Notes: generated from the letters alone by a model not told the origin. A DNA stretch of 64,000 nt from Trichoplax adhaerens (GCF_000150275.1 NW_002060945.1:2317172-2381171), one strand, 5' to 3'. Numbered from the stretch's first letter, positions 26,114 through 40,900 are shown. Made by a program: numbers and translations.

Positions 26114-29100
26114 TTACTTAATAGTAAAAACTTCGTAATCCTTAACGTAAAAGTTGTATGATCCCATAAGTAGGTTAACAGAAGCATTTAGACCTTCAAA
26201 TGAGTACGGAAAGTTCGAATACGACTGATCATTGCTATCACAATTCGATGCTATGCATAAATCTGCTCCTGCTCCAAAGGTTGGACCATACCTATCGTCA
26301 TAATTAAAGATCAGATTTTAATCACGCTGTGCTACATGCCGAATACACCGCATTGAGTGGTATCTAATAGCGATTACTTACTCTTCATCGTACACTAATG
26401 CGTACTTTTCTTGCGTAATATCGAATCGACTTGGTGGCATGTCCTGTTGATTTGTTAATGTGAATATAAATGCCCTACAAAAGTAAGGATATAAGATTTA
26501 AAAGTTGCACTACAATACATAATGCCGATAGAAAGAGTCATTTATTAACTTCACATCAGAAATTCACTATACTGTACTTTGATGATCTTGTGTAGCTGCC
26601 AGATGCTCCTTTTCTGCTCCACGGTTGATCGCTAAAACCACCACATAGATTATCATCGGGCCCCTAGCAGAAACAAATGTAATGTTAGCGAAGTAATTGA
26701 ATTTAAAATTTATAAAGAAAGTTTCACCAATATTAACCCGAATAAAATGACGCTATATGCAAATACGAACCCTAACAATTACGAACGTCGGATCAATATT
26801 ATCGCAATATACATGAAATTGTCTTGCACTAAATCCATCGCGTGATGCACGAAATATAAGCTTCCATTGCTGTAATTCATTGCCATACCTAAAATTATAG
26901 AATAATTTTGGGTTATATTAATTAGGTTTTACGGAAAAACTATGAGAATTTAGTACAACCAAGCATTCAAATTAGACAGCAAAGCTTACCATCCGTTTAA
27001 AATGCTTTGCAAGTATAAATTATCGCCACTTAAAAGGACTGATCCTGAAAATAGTGTCTTCATCTTTCTTGGTTGAAGGCGATTATCAGTAGCAGTATTG
27101 AAAGCAGCAGGTACAGCAGCAAAACGATATCTAGAAATAAAAATACGCTTACTATTAAAATCAATTGCTATCAGAATCATTCCACTGTAGGTTTATTGAT
27201 ACTTTACGAGCTTACCAGCCAAAAAATTTCAATGTTGCAATCATTAAATTTTAAGTAGGAATTAATTTATGGAATTCTAGATTGATATGTCTGAACAAAT
27301 TGCAGGTACCGTACCGATACTATAAGTTCGATTTAATTTAGACGAGTATACATGGCATAGTAAAAGAGAAAAACGATAATGAATATAACCTTCAATTTAA
27401 ATTAAAAACCCAATTGATAACTGTAATATGGACAAAATTAGAAAAGTAGGATGTATGAATGTAAAGTTAAAGCAACCATTTCGATATACCATACAAGACT
27501 AATATCTTTTAGGATGTTAAGTATACACATTTCCATTACCTTTCTAATGACAATTTCATCGGAACAGCACCAGTAGGTTCAATTTCTTGTGCATATACTT
27601 CGCTATCAATTAGCAATAATTTAATACAGTGGATCACCTTTGATAAATGCTGTTGGTAGCAGTCATTAAAAGATACCACATATTGAAAATTAAGTCATAG
27701 AAATATTTTATATGTACGATTATATTAGATTGGATTACTGGACGAATAGATCATTCATTTTTAATAGAAATAGAAAATGATGCCTATTTATGTCTTACAT
27801 GCGATACAGCCATCTTTTCACTATCATTCCATGACTTGATTTGACCTGTTACATCAGCTTTATTTTTAGCCCAGCGTAATACTGATCTCCATATTTCCTC
27901 TTCAGATAACGCAAAATCATCCCTGCCTACTAATTCAATTAATGATTCATTGCTTAAGTGTAGGAATGATTCAGTATTGGTTACATCTTCGGCATTTTCA
28001 TCGATAAATGTTAGACAGCTTTTCTTGACCTCATTCACAGCCGGCCATTCTGGAATCAAGATAAATGATAATATTTATACAGTGCAGGACCATCTATGAA
28101 GAAGGTTGTTGAATTATACCTCGTTACTAATTAAGTTTTTAACAGCTATATTATAAGCAACTATATGATAAGACAAAATCACTATTTGAGTAAAAATAAT
28201 ATTGAATGCATTGCCTAATTTGTTTACGTATGATAGATTTAAGTAGGGTTTGTTGTTTAATTTGAATGATTATCCAAAAAATGTTGTTTTACCGCTATCA
28301 TTGGATAAAATAATATCCCTTATCACCATATAGTAGCTAATAGCATTATCAATAGTTCTTTGAGAGTTAATTTGATCAACACAAGCACTTTGCAGGCTAG
28401 CGATGCCAAAATCGTCAGCTATCGCCAAGATTGGAAAGACTTTGGAGCTATCTAGATTAATCTGTTAAAAAAATTATAGAAATGATGGTTGATGAATGAT
28501 AATCAGTTCTATTATAAAGAAACTAATGTACAACTACTTATCAAACATAGAGGTTACAGCCAGATGGATAGCTTAATTTAAATTTTGTTCATTCACAATA
28601 AAGTGATATAATTTACAAAGTTTAGAGAATAGAATTTTCTACTGCACGCCTTCAACGAGTGTTTACTGTAGTTTATTGCAAAGATAATTTAGATGTTATG
28701 CCAAGAAGGTGTTATAAGTATGTTTTACTGTCCAAGAAAATCTGCCGATAACAGCTTAGAAGATAAATTGAAACTCGTAATTAATTCAGTTTGAATAAGA
28801 CTATTACAGGCCACTAAGGTTTAGAAGTGTGTTAACATATGAAAACAAGCGTAGATTTAGATCTTGATGTACTTACTACGGACGATTATAAATAGTGATC
28901 GCTATTTTTATAAAGAACTCAATTCAAATAATGCTCTGATATGAGGCAATAACTCTCAGAAGGCGTAAAAATAGAATGAATTTCGATAATTTTCTTAAAT
29001 CCAGTGATGATCGTATGCGACAATTACTAAGAACTGAAGTTTTATAAGGTCTACTGAACTTTTGTTAGGTCTATCAAACTTGTATAAGGTCTACCTAAGT

Positions 29101-30928
29101 AAAGCTATAGCATTTTGATATCGTGTTTTGAAATGATCAGTGCATGAGAAAATTAATCAATCCTTTTTAACCCCCGAAATAAGTGTAGATAAATTGATTC
29201 ATTAGTATAGAATATGAGGGCTGTGGTAATAAAATATCCTAAACTAAGGATAGTCATTACTCCTAGTAAATTTTTTTTTTAAATAACGTACACAAGACAC
29301 GAGAATAAGATTCGCCAGCAGTTAGCGAGTAACCTGATTGATCTAATCATAAGCGAGAATCATCCTGAATTAATTGCTCCACTAGTACACTACTGTAGAA
29401 TTAATCAATAAGAATATTGGCAGGGTAAAGATTTCCCTGAAGAGAAAAGCCAAACCAGACATTCTATAGAAAGATTCTTAATAAGTAATGATAAGTTAAG
29501 TTATAGTTTATCGAATTTGTGCATGTTATCTGAATGGGTGCCATTTACTATATAACGTAAGTGTAAAAGTGATCCCCGTTGTATATGAATATTTGGAATA
29601 AATAGGAGTAATAGCCCTGCTGAAGAAAGAAGAAGGATAATCCTATTGGTAGATAAAAAGGGTCTGTAGTCGGTTCATTTATTCATCAGATGTAAGACCA
29701 CTACCGGTACTAAATTGATCAAGGATTCTAAATATTTCAGTTCCGTAAGAGACTTAATTGATTGAATTATTAACTAAACTAAGTCCTTTTTTGAGGGTCT
29801 GAAGAAGAAAAGATATGAAAAAGGATAGAATCAAACTATACACAGGTATCAGCAAACTCATTATTGTTTAAAACCGCAAGAGTAAAGCACGCTAAATATA
29901 GGTTGATATGAAATCACTGCTATTAATTATTACTCATGGTGTTAGGAGAAACGCTTTATTAGCATTGATGTTGCTGCTATCAATATCAATATGAATATTA
30001 ATGTAGACGTAAACAATCTCTCTCTGAAACTGGTATATAAAGTATTTGGATAAAACGTTTATATTTCTAGTATTTCATGTCTATCAGTATTGAAAGTTGT
30101 AACTGAGGGGGGTAATTGGTTATTTTGGCATCTATTCTCTTTTTTCTCTGCCTTTTTACCGCCATACCTTGTAAAAAAACTTCTATCATAGCAGGAGCTG
30201 TTGGTAGCAGTGATTGCAGTTATTATTTGATTTCTCTTACTAGAATCACGATTTTCTACTAGACCAAAAAAGATACAAGTATTTGGAACAAACGATAATT
30301 GATTTGATTGATGATGACTAAGTCAATTAATGGATTTAATGGATGGCTTGAACGGGTGAAAAGAAAGGAATCGTAGACTTGAAGAAGTTAACTACCGTCA
30401 TTCATTGAATAATATTACAAATATTCCTATCAAGAGGATCAAATCAAGAGCGATACCGATTTCGTAAGCTAAGAGTGATGATGACTCCCTAGCTAAAGTA
30501 TTTTTCTAGCCGTATTTATCCCTATCATGATATTGACTATGAGTGTAGGTGTCATGTTGATCAACCAATCAACTTACCTTGCCAATATATAAATAATCGA
30601 CAACTTGTTGGAAATATTGGGCATTGAGATAGGGTTTGTTAATGATAGCAGGCGATTGACAGCCATGCGATTGAGATAGAATGGAGGGATGTTGATTTCG
30701 AAAGCCTTTACATCGTGCCCAAATGATCAATCGATGGGTATAAAATGGTGTCTTATTCTCGCCGACATAAATAATTAAATCGGTCGATTGACGATCATCA
30801 ATTAAATGACTTAAATCAGTAATTAAATTAGTCAAGCCAGCTTGTGATTCTTCTAATTGGGGTAATTCTTCAATTGGTTCTAATGTGCAATACTTGGGAG
30901 AGCCCATATTATTGTTGTTTAACGCCAT
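26114..30928 (-). CDS. BTB/POZ-BACK-TLDc domain protein, 9 exons
   Basis: Exons 30928-30578, 28461-28293, 28049-27799, 27649-27540, 27130-26990, 26888-26771, 26663-26578, 26474-26382, 26291-26114. BTB: STDLIIYVG..FYTHRLIIWARC..YLYIGKI. BACK: ESFLHLS..SEEEIWRSVLRWA. TLDc: WKLIFRASRDGFSARQFHVYCD, CGGFSDQPW, AFIFTL, YGPTFGAGADL, VKDYEVF. Confidence 0.92.
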
Positions 30929-31456
30929 TTTCAAGTGCAAGAAGGGGAAAGAAATTACGGCCACTTACACATGAAATCAACAATGAAATTGACCACCGAG
31001 TTAAATGACTTTCTACGTTGGTCTCTCTCGTCCACAAAGTCAACACTCGTCTATCACGTGACGATAATGGACCATCATCATCTGTCTCGCATCGCATCAG
31101 TCATTAGTGCTAGACACATCACAGCTGACTCCCAGATCACACCTGACGTTTATTAATTGTTGTCGCGACCGTTATGACCGTTAGTGAGTGTTGTAACGGT
31201 TTTGTCTACAATGGGTTATCGCGTCGTATCGCTGCGGTTGAGTCGACTGCTGTTGACGCTCCATTGTTGTATCTCCACGGACTTGTTTTCTTCTAGTAGT
31301 CTACGACTGTATCGTACAACAGTGACGGTCATATACTATCCTAGCAATAGTTGTGTTACGGCCAAGACGCGTATTGGCCGAATATAGCACGATACGAACG
31401 GTGACGTTCGGTTAGACTATTTGACTTGATGACTACGGTGACGGTACCACGGCTTC

Positions 31457-31529
31457 ACACACTTTTGTGTGTCACTATCCAATACGGTGCATGGTTTCAT
31501 ACACTTTCGTGTGTCACTATCCAATACGT
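31457..31529. repeat. Short direct tandem repeat (2 copies, ~42-bp period)
   Basis: acactttYgtgtgtcactatccaatacg occurs twice. Confidence 0.85.
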
Positions 31530-31629
31530 GCAACTTTACTGTGTCATAGTAAGTTTATAGCCCACCAAGATCGAATTTAATCACGTAAATACACCATAGC
31601 AACCTTCGATATATGTTATATATATATAA

Positions 31630-32077
31630 CATAACTAATTAATCGATCCATGGCAGCCTAATAATTGTAAGTTGACAACGCAATAACATGGACTACTAGA
31701 TGTAACTACTAGATGTAATTTAATAGTCCATGATACTAAATTTAGGTAATATTAAGTTAAATCGAGTAAATATACTATAGGCAATGTAAAAATCTGGGCA
31801 GTCTATATAAAATACTAATTAACCGATCCCTGACTGCCTAATAGTAAGTTTATAACGCAATAATACGGACTACTAGATCACATCTAGTAGTCCAGTGATC
31901 TAGTAGTCCATGACACTAAATTTAGGTAGTATTAAATTAAATCAAGTCAATATACTATAGCAATCTTAGGTGTATATAACATGGACTACTAGATGTAATT
32001 TAGTAGTCCATGACACTACATTTAGGTAATATTAAATTAAATCAAGTCAATATACTGCAGCAATCTTAGGTGTATAT
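31630..32077. repeat. Tandem array (3 units) of a hairpin-containing repeat
   Basis: Each unit has a (cat)ggactactag...tagtagtcc(atg) inverted repeat followed by ctaaatttaggta.tattaa.ttaaatc.agt.aatatact. Confidence 0.9.
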
Positions 32078-33157
32078 TATATACGTAGAATACTAAATAA
32101 ATGATTTCGTGTACTTGTACTTTTTTACTTTACGCTACTAAGATTCCCGTTTAAATAATTTGTACGGGTAATATTCTACACAAAACAATACAATCAAAGA
32201 AAATTTACAGCCAAATTATTTCTTACTACCTACCAAGCATATTGATGACTGTTTATGCTAATGCATCGTATTAATGCACAATCTACACCATAGAGAGCGT
32301 AGTAGATAATTGATACGTGACACCATACCATATTGCACTGCTGGATGTGGGCTACATTAACTATACTAGCTAAAAGGGCAATTGGACTGATCATTTTGGT
32401 GTTCTACAACATTTGTAACATTATAGTGTCCTGTAAGCAGCCAACTTACTACTTTAGTCAAGGACTATTCGTCTAGGACCACGAGTAGTCCTTGACTCAG
32501 TACAGTCAGTTGTACAGTGCAGTTTACATTATTATCGTTGCAGTTTTGTACAGCAAATAGATCCGATGATACGGTCCACGGACTAATGATATATTAAGTT
32601 ATTTATTATCATGGTATACGTAAAAAAGAGACAATTATGCTATGTAGGGAAGCTAATTCTTAATCATTCCATCTTACTCTAACACACGGTAATAATTTTC
32701 GGTGCTCTTTTAAGAATTTCAACTTTCGTTCTAAACTCACGGCTAGTACAAAAACTACTGGAAAACAAGAATCTTTATTCTTAGCAGTCCTTAACTAGTA
32801 GAAGCTTTATAGTCGCAGAATATGTTCGACGTTCAAGAGTAGTGCCAAATAGCAAAGTAATAAGGAGCTGCTCTATTACATTGTAATTATTATACTATCG
32901 ATACGTTTCATTGAGATGGATCCGTATGATACAGTTATCCTATTTCCAATATGGATAGAGTTGTGAAACTCTCTCGTTCTTTCACATGGTAGAAGAGTCA
33001 ATTATCTTATTTAACTCAAGCAAAGTATGCATCGTGAGCTCGAATTTCTGCCACACTGAGTAATGACACAAAATTCTATCTGATATGACTATGTGCTGAG
33101 CATAACCGGGCGAATAGAGATTCTAGAGAGAGACTCCGATGATAATAAGTGAGGTGG

Positions 33158-33335
33158 CGGTGCTAGACCTAAGGAGACTAGTGATATCAAAGAGAAAAGG
33201 ACTAAATTATTTTTGGCGTTAAGATAGTCGGTGCTAGACCTAAGGGTACTAGTGATGTCGAAGAGAAAGAGATTAATTTTTGGCATTAAGATAGTCGGCG
33301 CTAGGCCTAACGGGACCACTGACGTCAAAGAGATT
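33158..33335. repeat. Degenerate ~70-bp tandem repeat (2.5 copies)
   Basis: cggtgctagacctaagg..actagtgat.tc.aagaga near 33158, 33229 and 33296. Confidence 0.85.
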
Positions 33336-34969
33336 GCTTTTACACGTTAGGATAGTCCTATGCTATTAAGTTAAACGATTAATCAATTGTAACTGAAATC
33401 GAGAAGATTTCTTATGCATACTAGTAAATTACCCCTTCAAATAAACGGGAACATAATCTGCATAAAGCAATACATTAACAGAAAACTCAGAGCTAGTTTA
33501 TCTTAATATACTGTAAGCTTACTAAAGATGAGCAACCGGCACGGTACCAAGATAGAATTAGTACAACCGAGATCGGCAAAGATTTCTTCTTTCTACTGCA
33601 GTAAACTAGTACAATATGGCTTATGGCTTAAAACGAAGGATGCGTAACAGGCAAAGCGCCTAAGCTACTAGATGACAGTAACCCTTCACCGACACCAAGT
33701 ATGACTATAACGTATACCAGTATTCTATAAAAATCCACTTCATTTTAGCCTTTCTAATCCTATATTAATTATGCATCTTGACTCCATTGATATAAACTTA
33801 TCAAATTTATGATCATTCGACTTTCTTATGAATATATTTATAGTATTCGATCCATTATAGTTATCTCGAGGGATAAAGATAATCACAGACCAATAGCACA
33901 TACCTTAACTCAATACAAGAGCCTCTTGGGCCCTAGTATTCAATATTGGACAACAACTATTTAAATACAACAAAATGCCATCGCTGTATTGATGATGGTT
34001 GTGAGAAAATAATTCATACATGGTAAAATGAGGAAACACAACTCCACTAATCCCAAGCTCTATTAGACATGAAATGAATCCGTATTCATGAAATACATCA
34101 TTAAATAGATCAATAAGGATTTATTCATCTATATTCTAATAAATTATATTGAAATAATGACAGTCTTTGAATAGGGCAATATTACATATTGCAAATATTC
34201 TATAGCCAATTGGACATCTCTATACTGTACACGATATAAATCATCCATGGTAAATTAGCATAAAATAAAATACACATTTTGCTTGTAATTTGAATGAGTC
34301 ACACAAGGTAATGGCCGTGAAAGAAAGACATTGCAACCCTAATTACAACATCTAATTTAGGAAATGAAAGACGATTAGATTCCATTACTATCACCTAATA
34401 GAAAGAACCAGTATAGTAAAATGGGGACAATTCCACTAATAGCTAATTCGCTATGATGAATTTGCTTGGAAAAGGACTAATAGTTTACAATCAGTGACAC
34501 AAATTAGACAGAAAAGGCAATAGTCTCTGCTGCACATACTTCAAGAATTGCATATGAAATAATACAGTAAATTCCGTTCATATCTGCTAGAGGGCACTAT
34601 TTCAGTTAAGCTAGTCTATCCGTAAAATAGTTCAATAGCATCGAAACAGAATTCTAAAAATGGGATGGAATATCAACTATCCTACCGATTAGGATTTGAA
34701 TTCTATATTCTCGTTATTACAAATTTATACAGTATATAGAAATCACTCGTATATTATTTTTGTGATACCGATAATTTTCATAATTGGCCATTACGTATAA
34801 TACAAGAAAATTATCCCACAATATGACATTAGCTATCCTTCTATTCTTTCTAAAAACATCAGATACAGGTAAGTTCTAATTTGGTACAGTTCTAGAAATC
34901 AAACTACTTGATAAAAGTTGAAATTTCTTGACATATTTTGGTAGCCAATAAAATGTATTCAGAATTCCT

Positions 34970-37900
34970 TTAGCCAGCAAGATCGACAGGTTGATTACTA
35001 TTATTTGGATTGGATATGGACATTTTAGCCAGTTCCAATTCTTTCTCCTGTAATAGCGTAACAGAAATGGATTACATCATAATAGTTGTAGATACGTAAA
35101 TGGAACAGAATCTGCAGTAGCAGCTAAATTATTAAAAAACCCCAGCATTATCACCTAATAACTATCAAGATTGATTAAACATATTATCTGAAATCAACTT
35201 TGTAAAATATTAATCAACATAATATCATGCCTTTAGCTGCTCTTGTAATGTTTGCAATTTATTTTCATATTGTCGCTGGATAGACTGCTCAACAGCTTTC
35301 TTGACCTAATGTTGCAGTAATATCATATAACGTTATACTACAATGTTAGTATTGATACAAAAATAGGATAAAGTAGATCATTTAATCTTGCATAAGATAT
35401 CAAGAAAACTAGCATTTCAAATATCACTACATCATGAAAGTCATTATATTTTGTAATGTTCTAATATTGGCAGTAACAGTTATGCCTTCAAACCTGTTGT
35501 AAAGAATGAGTTAGCTGATGCTTAATTTGCCCTCTTTCCAGTTCTAGTGTTTTCTTAAGTAAATGCAATTCGCTCTGTAGCTCTTTCGATAGTGGTGCGC
35601 GATGATTAATCGCCTCATCTTGATCAAAGACTTCATCAAGGATCTCATGACTGCTAATGTCATCATATGGAGGTAAAATTAGATCGTTGCCATCTTCGTG
35701 ATGCTGGCTTTCTTCTTCTTGTAACTTAGAATAGATTTTCTCTAAATTCTCTTCCATAATTTGTTGGTCTTGCAGTAAATTAAGCATCTATCCATTTTAG
35801 AGTAGAATAAAGATTTCTTAGTTCCCCTCTTAAATGATCATACTTTATCACATTATAGAGCTGTATAAATCTAATGGTCAAATTACCTTCTGACTTAAGG
35901 CTAAACCAATATCATATCGATAGTGATTTTCGTGTGTAAAAAACTATAGGCAGTAGAGAAAGGGACAATTGTTAGAATTGAACTATTAAATGTATCTCAG
36001 AAACTGATACAGTATATGAGCTAGCTATATTAATGAGTATTAAAGTTATAATTATGGAAATCCCAACTGTAAATCTATTTATCTTATATTGAATTTGCCT
36101 TTTTGTCATTTTCTTTCATAATGGCTAATTTCTTTTTATGTAAATTAAATTCCAAGTCTTCAATTTCCAGCATAATTTCTCTTCGTAATACCAGTAATGA
36201 CTCGATATCATTTCTAAAATGTGGATAGACTTGATTAGATAAATCAAAAAATAAACATCACCAGCAATATAACTGAGATGTGGCGTAACAATATGCTACA
36301 CGACAGCTCTGCAAGGAAATTAATAGTCCATCTATAATCACACTGCCACCCGCATACAGAATTGCGTTCATCATGATATAGCTACGCCAATTCAGCAATT
36401 CGAATCAGCAATTTGAAATCAATCACTTTTTTATAGACAAATGAGATCTCACACCACAGCAATAGACCGTATTGTACTATAGATCCTTTAATTTTGCAGC
36501 GATAGAGAAAGTCTCATTCATTATTATAAAAATACATAATTTACCTTAATTTACTATCCTTCTTAAATTTATCTATATATTGTTTAGTGCTGTCGGCAAT
36601 ATTATTTTGCTCTTCTTTATAAACGTTCAATGCTTCTTCAAGCATTGCAATCTCTTCAAAGGCTCTCTATATAATAAGTATCATCCATTTTTAAGTTGAT
36701 CGATCAAGAAATTCTGCTATTCATATCATTTTACAAAGTGGAATCATTGGTAGGATAACGTTGTGTATATATAATAGTGAAAACCTACTTCTTTCCCTTC
36801 AGAAAGCACAGACTCGTTCGATCGCTTATCAAAGACATCATCGGATGCGGTATCGAAATAAAGGCTGGCACTACTTAATGTCTACATAAAAATTATAAAG
36901 ATAAATGGTCGTTGGATATTTTTACCTTCGTCATGTAACTAACAATGTATTAACAATGGCTCCCCTGCACTATCTCTTCACGATATTATAGTTACTACAG
37001 ATGAGAAAATCAATTTAGAAAGGTTTTATTAAAGGTTTTATTACACACTTACAGCTAAGGATCGATCAACCGGTATTTTTCGTTTCTGTCTATGCATTAC
37101 GGCATTTTCTTGAGAAGAATTGCCATCTTCAGGTGTATCTGCGTTTCATTGCATTGAAGAAATTATAGCAGATACCAGTTTAGATGCTATAAGATATCTC
37201 AATCTTCGTCTTCATACAACACATTTTAAACTGAACTACACCTTTCTTATTTACTTTAATCCATCTGAGACACTTATTACTATCGTATTGAATATTTAAC
37301 TGTAGTAAAATCGATAGATAAGCGACTTTGCAGGGTTACGTCTGTAAAATTGTACCGATATAATAGAAAAAGGGATCAACTATTTACTATTCGATCAATC
37401 TCACCTTTAATTTCCCTACTTTCAGGCCAAGCTACCGACTTTTCTTTATTTACTGCAGGCTTATCCAAGTTATTATCTTCTACCTTCGCCCCTTGCTTAC
37501 TTTCAGCCACTTCTTGTGTAATATACTATACGAATATAATGTATTTAATATCAAGATTACTACCTGTGCTGATGATAACCGATGCAACGTGGCAGATATT
37601 TAAAATAGCGTATCGAAATTTTCTATATGACTGACCTCTGGATTGCATACCGCATGTGATCTCGTCAATAGGCCACGTTTACAAGGTCCATCATCAATAG
37701 AATGCTTTGAATTAGATGGGTTATCATTACGTTGAATATTTTCAGATAGTAATTTGATTTGATCATTTAGCGATGCGGATGAAAGTCGTCTCCTTCGCCC
37801 ATCGCTACTCTTCGATGTCATCGATGTTTTTCGACTTATTGTTACAGTTTCTATTTCACTATTATGATCATCATAATCTGAGCTTGAAAAGGTTCTGTCA

Positions 37901-40900
37901 GAGCTAAGCGCAGTTCTTGATGTTGGAGATGATGGTAATGATGATACAGATGTCGATTTCTTCCGCAACGAATCAAGTACAATGTAGTTTTCACTGGAAA
38001 AGGCACCGGCATCATCATAACGATAGGGTATTGGCATACTTTGATATTTTTGATCCTTAAAATATTTGCTATCAAGCTGACTATCATCAACCGATTGACT
38101 TTGACTTGATCTTAACCCTGATCTGATTTTGCTAGATCGTTGACGTAAGCCATGAAAGAGTTGTTTAATTGTGGAAGATTTACCAGGTGATAAACTAGAA
38201 TTTGCTTTCACTTCTTGATCAATACCGTCGTTTGGTGCAGTGTCTGGAGAATTGGATTCAATGAGTTGATAAGAAGATTCACCCTTAGGCAATGATTGTA
38301 AAACTTGGTCATCAATTTCTACAAATGATGAAGAAGTTATCCTACTTAAAGGCCGGAATATATTAGAATCTGGACTATAATTATGGTCATTTTTATCACG
38401 ACTAGTAAATACGTCATCGTCATAACTGCTCTGAAGACTAACGCCATTAAGGTGGCTTTCCGATTTTGCGTTGACGATTGGATGATTATCACGACCAGTA
38501 GTTAAATTTGGGCTAGAGTAGCGTAATTTAGACTTAACAGTTTGTAAAGTATGACCTTTATGTTTTAAATCAACGTAGTCTCCGACAGGAATACATTTCG
38601 ATTTGGACTGCTTTTCATCAGTCTCCACTTCTTCTTCATCATCGGCGCTAACGCGAACATGAAAATGATGCGGTACTCCAAATACACCGTCTTTAATCCT
38701 TGAACTTAACTTTAACGAATTTAGCAATGTTGCAATGTCAATACCTTGAAATCGAGGTGGAATTCGATTTAATATACTTGTAATGACATCATCTGTAGGT
38801 AAACTGCCGCCAAAACCTAGCGAAAGTAATATTTCCTCAGGGTTGCCACGTCTCAATTTGAGAATATCTTGTAAGCTGTATAAGATGAATATAGTAATGA
38901 TCAATTAGCTATTAATTATCAATACTTTTACCATAATTTATTCACTTCTTATGTACTAAATTTAATAATCTAAGGAGATCGATACCCCATGCTATTGATC
39001 ATAACGAAAACAAAATAAATAGGGAAGCAAAATACTAGTGGCCCTAGGTTAAATTAATAGTGCAGAAAATGGGTAGGAATCTGTAGTTTAAAATAACAAC
39101 AAATGCTCAACAAAGCAAGTTCAAATAGATGCTCAAGTAATTACTTCTATAAGCATCTAAGGGAAAATTAAAAATGGAGAAATATCAAGACTCTGAATTA
39201 GATGATACGTGATTGAAAAACTTCATTCTGTAGTTAGGATTACTGAATTCAACATCTAATTCAGCCTAGTACAAATTCATGGTTTTCCATTTGATTTTAC
39301 CTTAAAGTTTGACGATCATTGGGTCCTTGAAGAAATAATTTACCATCGTCGAAAACAATACTATTTTGCCTATTGATTTTATCGTGATGATATTCTTCGC
39401 TACTGCAAAAGCGATCCGGTATCCTGCACAAAAATCATTATTAGTATTCTAAATAAATGGATGTGCTAGTAGCTGAATAAACGGTCTATACGTAGTATGA
39501 TAGTCGAAAGTACTATTTATCCACGTATAGAGATTGATTGCATAAATTTTTAATTTTATTCATTCAATTCCAATATGATTTATATGGTAGTATATCATTT
39601 TAATTGACCCTCAGTTATTGATATTAATTTCAACGGAAAGTATGTAGCAGTAATACCCGGTAATTAGTTTTTAATCCCAACTGCTGTACTCAACAATCAG
39701 AGTTTAATTTCCAAATTGAAATTAAATTCGTATGCTTCTTATTAGTCTACTTGAAAATTTGTCTCATAATTTTAGAAAGTGCATCAATATAACAAAAACA
39801 AAGACAGAAGTAAGGTTTAGATTGCTAAAGAAAACTCTAACGTTATGTTTCTTATAACGTAATTACAGAAGTGACTTTATACTGTCCATACAGGGTATTC
39901 AGTACGGTTTTGTTCAGATTTTGCCAAGAATTATAGTGGCATTTGCAATAGCTAGTTAGTTATTACATATCACTTTTGCTAAAGTAAATGGTCGTCAAAG
40001 TGTGGTAGTAGTGGATCATGAAAAGTTTCGTTTAACAGCGAATACTTTGATAAAATGGGTTATACATGTCTAAGTGGAAATATATATAGCATTATAATAT
40101 AATTAATAAAAGGCATTTTTCATTTATTAAAGAATTAGCAGTAATTGTAAGCAATGAAAATACTGGTTTTGACGATAGATTACATCTAAATGAAGGCTAT
40201 GCTTGTAAAGCTCAATGTTTTTTCTGACATATTCAAAAGAATTACCTAGAGTCTGCTGCCCAATGATACTGATTACTATCACAGCTTTGATTGATAAATG
40301 ATGAAGAAGCCAGAGATTTTCTGGAGTGGTCATATCCATTTTGGCCATAGGGTAGACTTCCGTTGTGTGTTTGGTAAAGAGGAGAAATATCCTCCGTTGA
40401 TTCTTCCTCAGTTGTAACAATATCACTACCTTGATGATCAATAATTTGATATTTTTGTTCATTTTCTATCTTTCGAAAAGATTCAGGCGTTCCTTCTCCT
40501 AGAAATATAGGTGATGATGACATTAGCTTACGTAAAAGACCAATACGCGTTAAAATCAATGTTGAATAGGTCACAATATCTCTGACGAGGAGGTAATATA
40601 GTCCTCAAAATTGCGTAGATGCCGTTATATATAAACGCTATTGCTTAACTAAGAATTAAATATTAATAAAATAAGATAATGAATATTGTTGCAATAATGA
40701 ATTTATTAATAATATGATAATTGTAAAGATGTAAGAAACCAATAAAGACAAGAAAAATTATTTTTGAATGTTCGTCTACGCTACTAAGAGTAATCGGAAG
40801 CTCAGTTGTTATTAAAGTATTCATTTTTACGGCTTAATGAATTGCCCCTTATAAGAAAATAATGCTGCCTATATATTGTAATACCACACAATGTTATGAA

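Noticed and set aside
30935-31387. Plus-strand ORFs upstream of the BTB gene
   Set aside because: No recognisable protein features; better explained as GC-richer promoter/5'UTR.
33089-33328. 79-aa minus-strand ORF with repeated LGLAP
   Set aside because: By-product of the ~70-bp tandem repeat.
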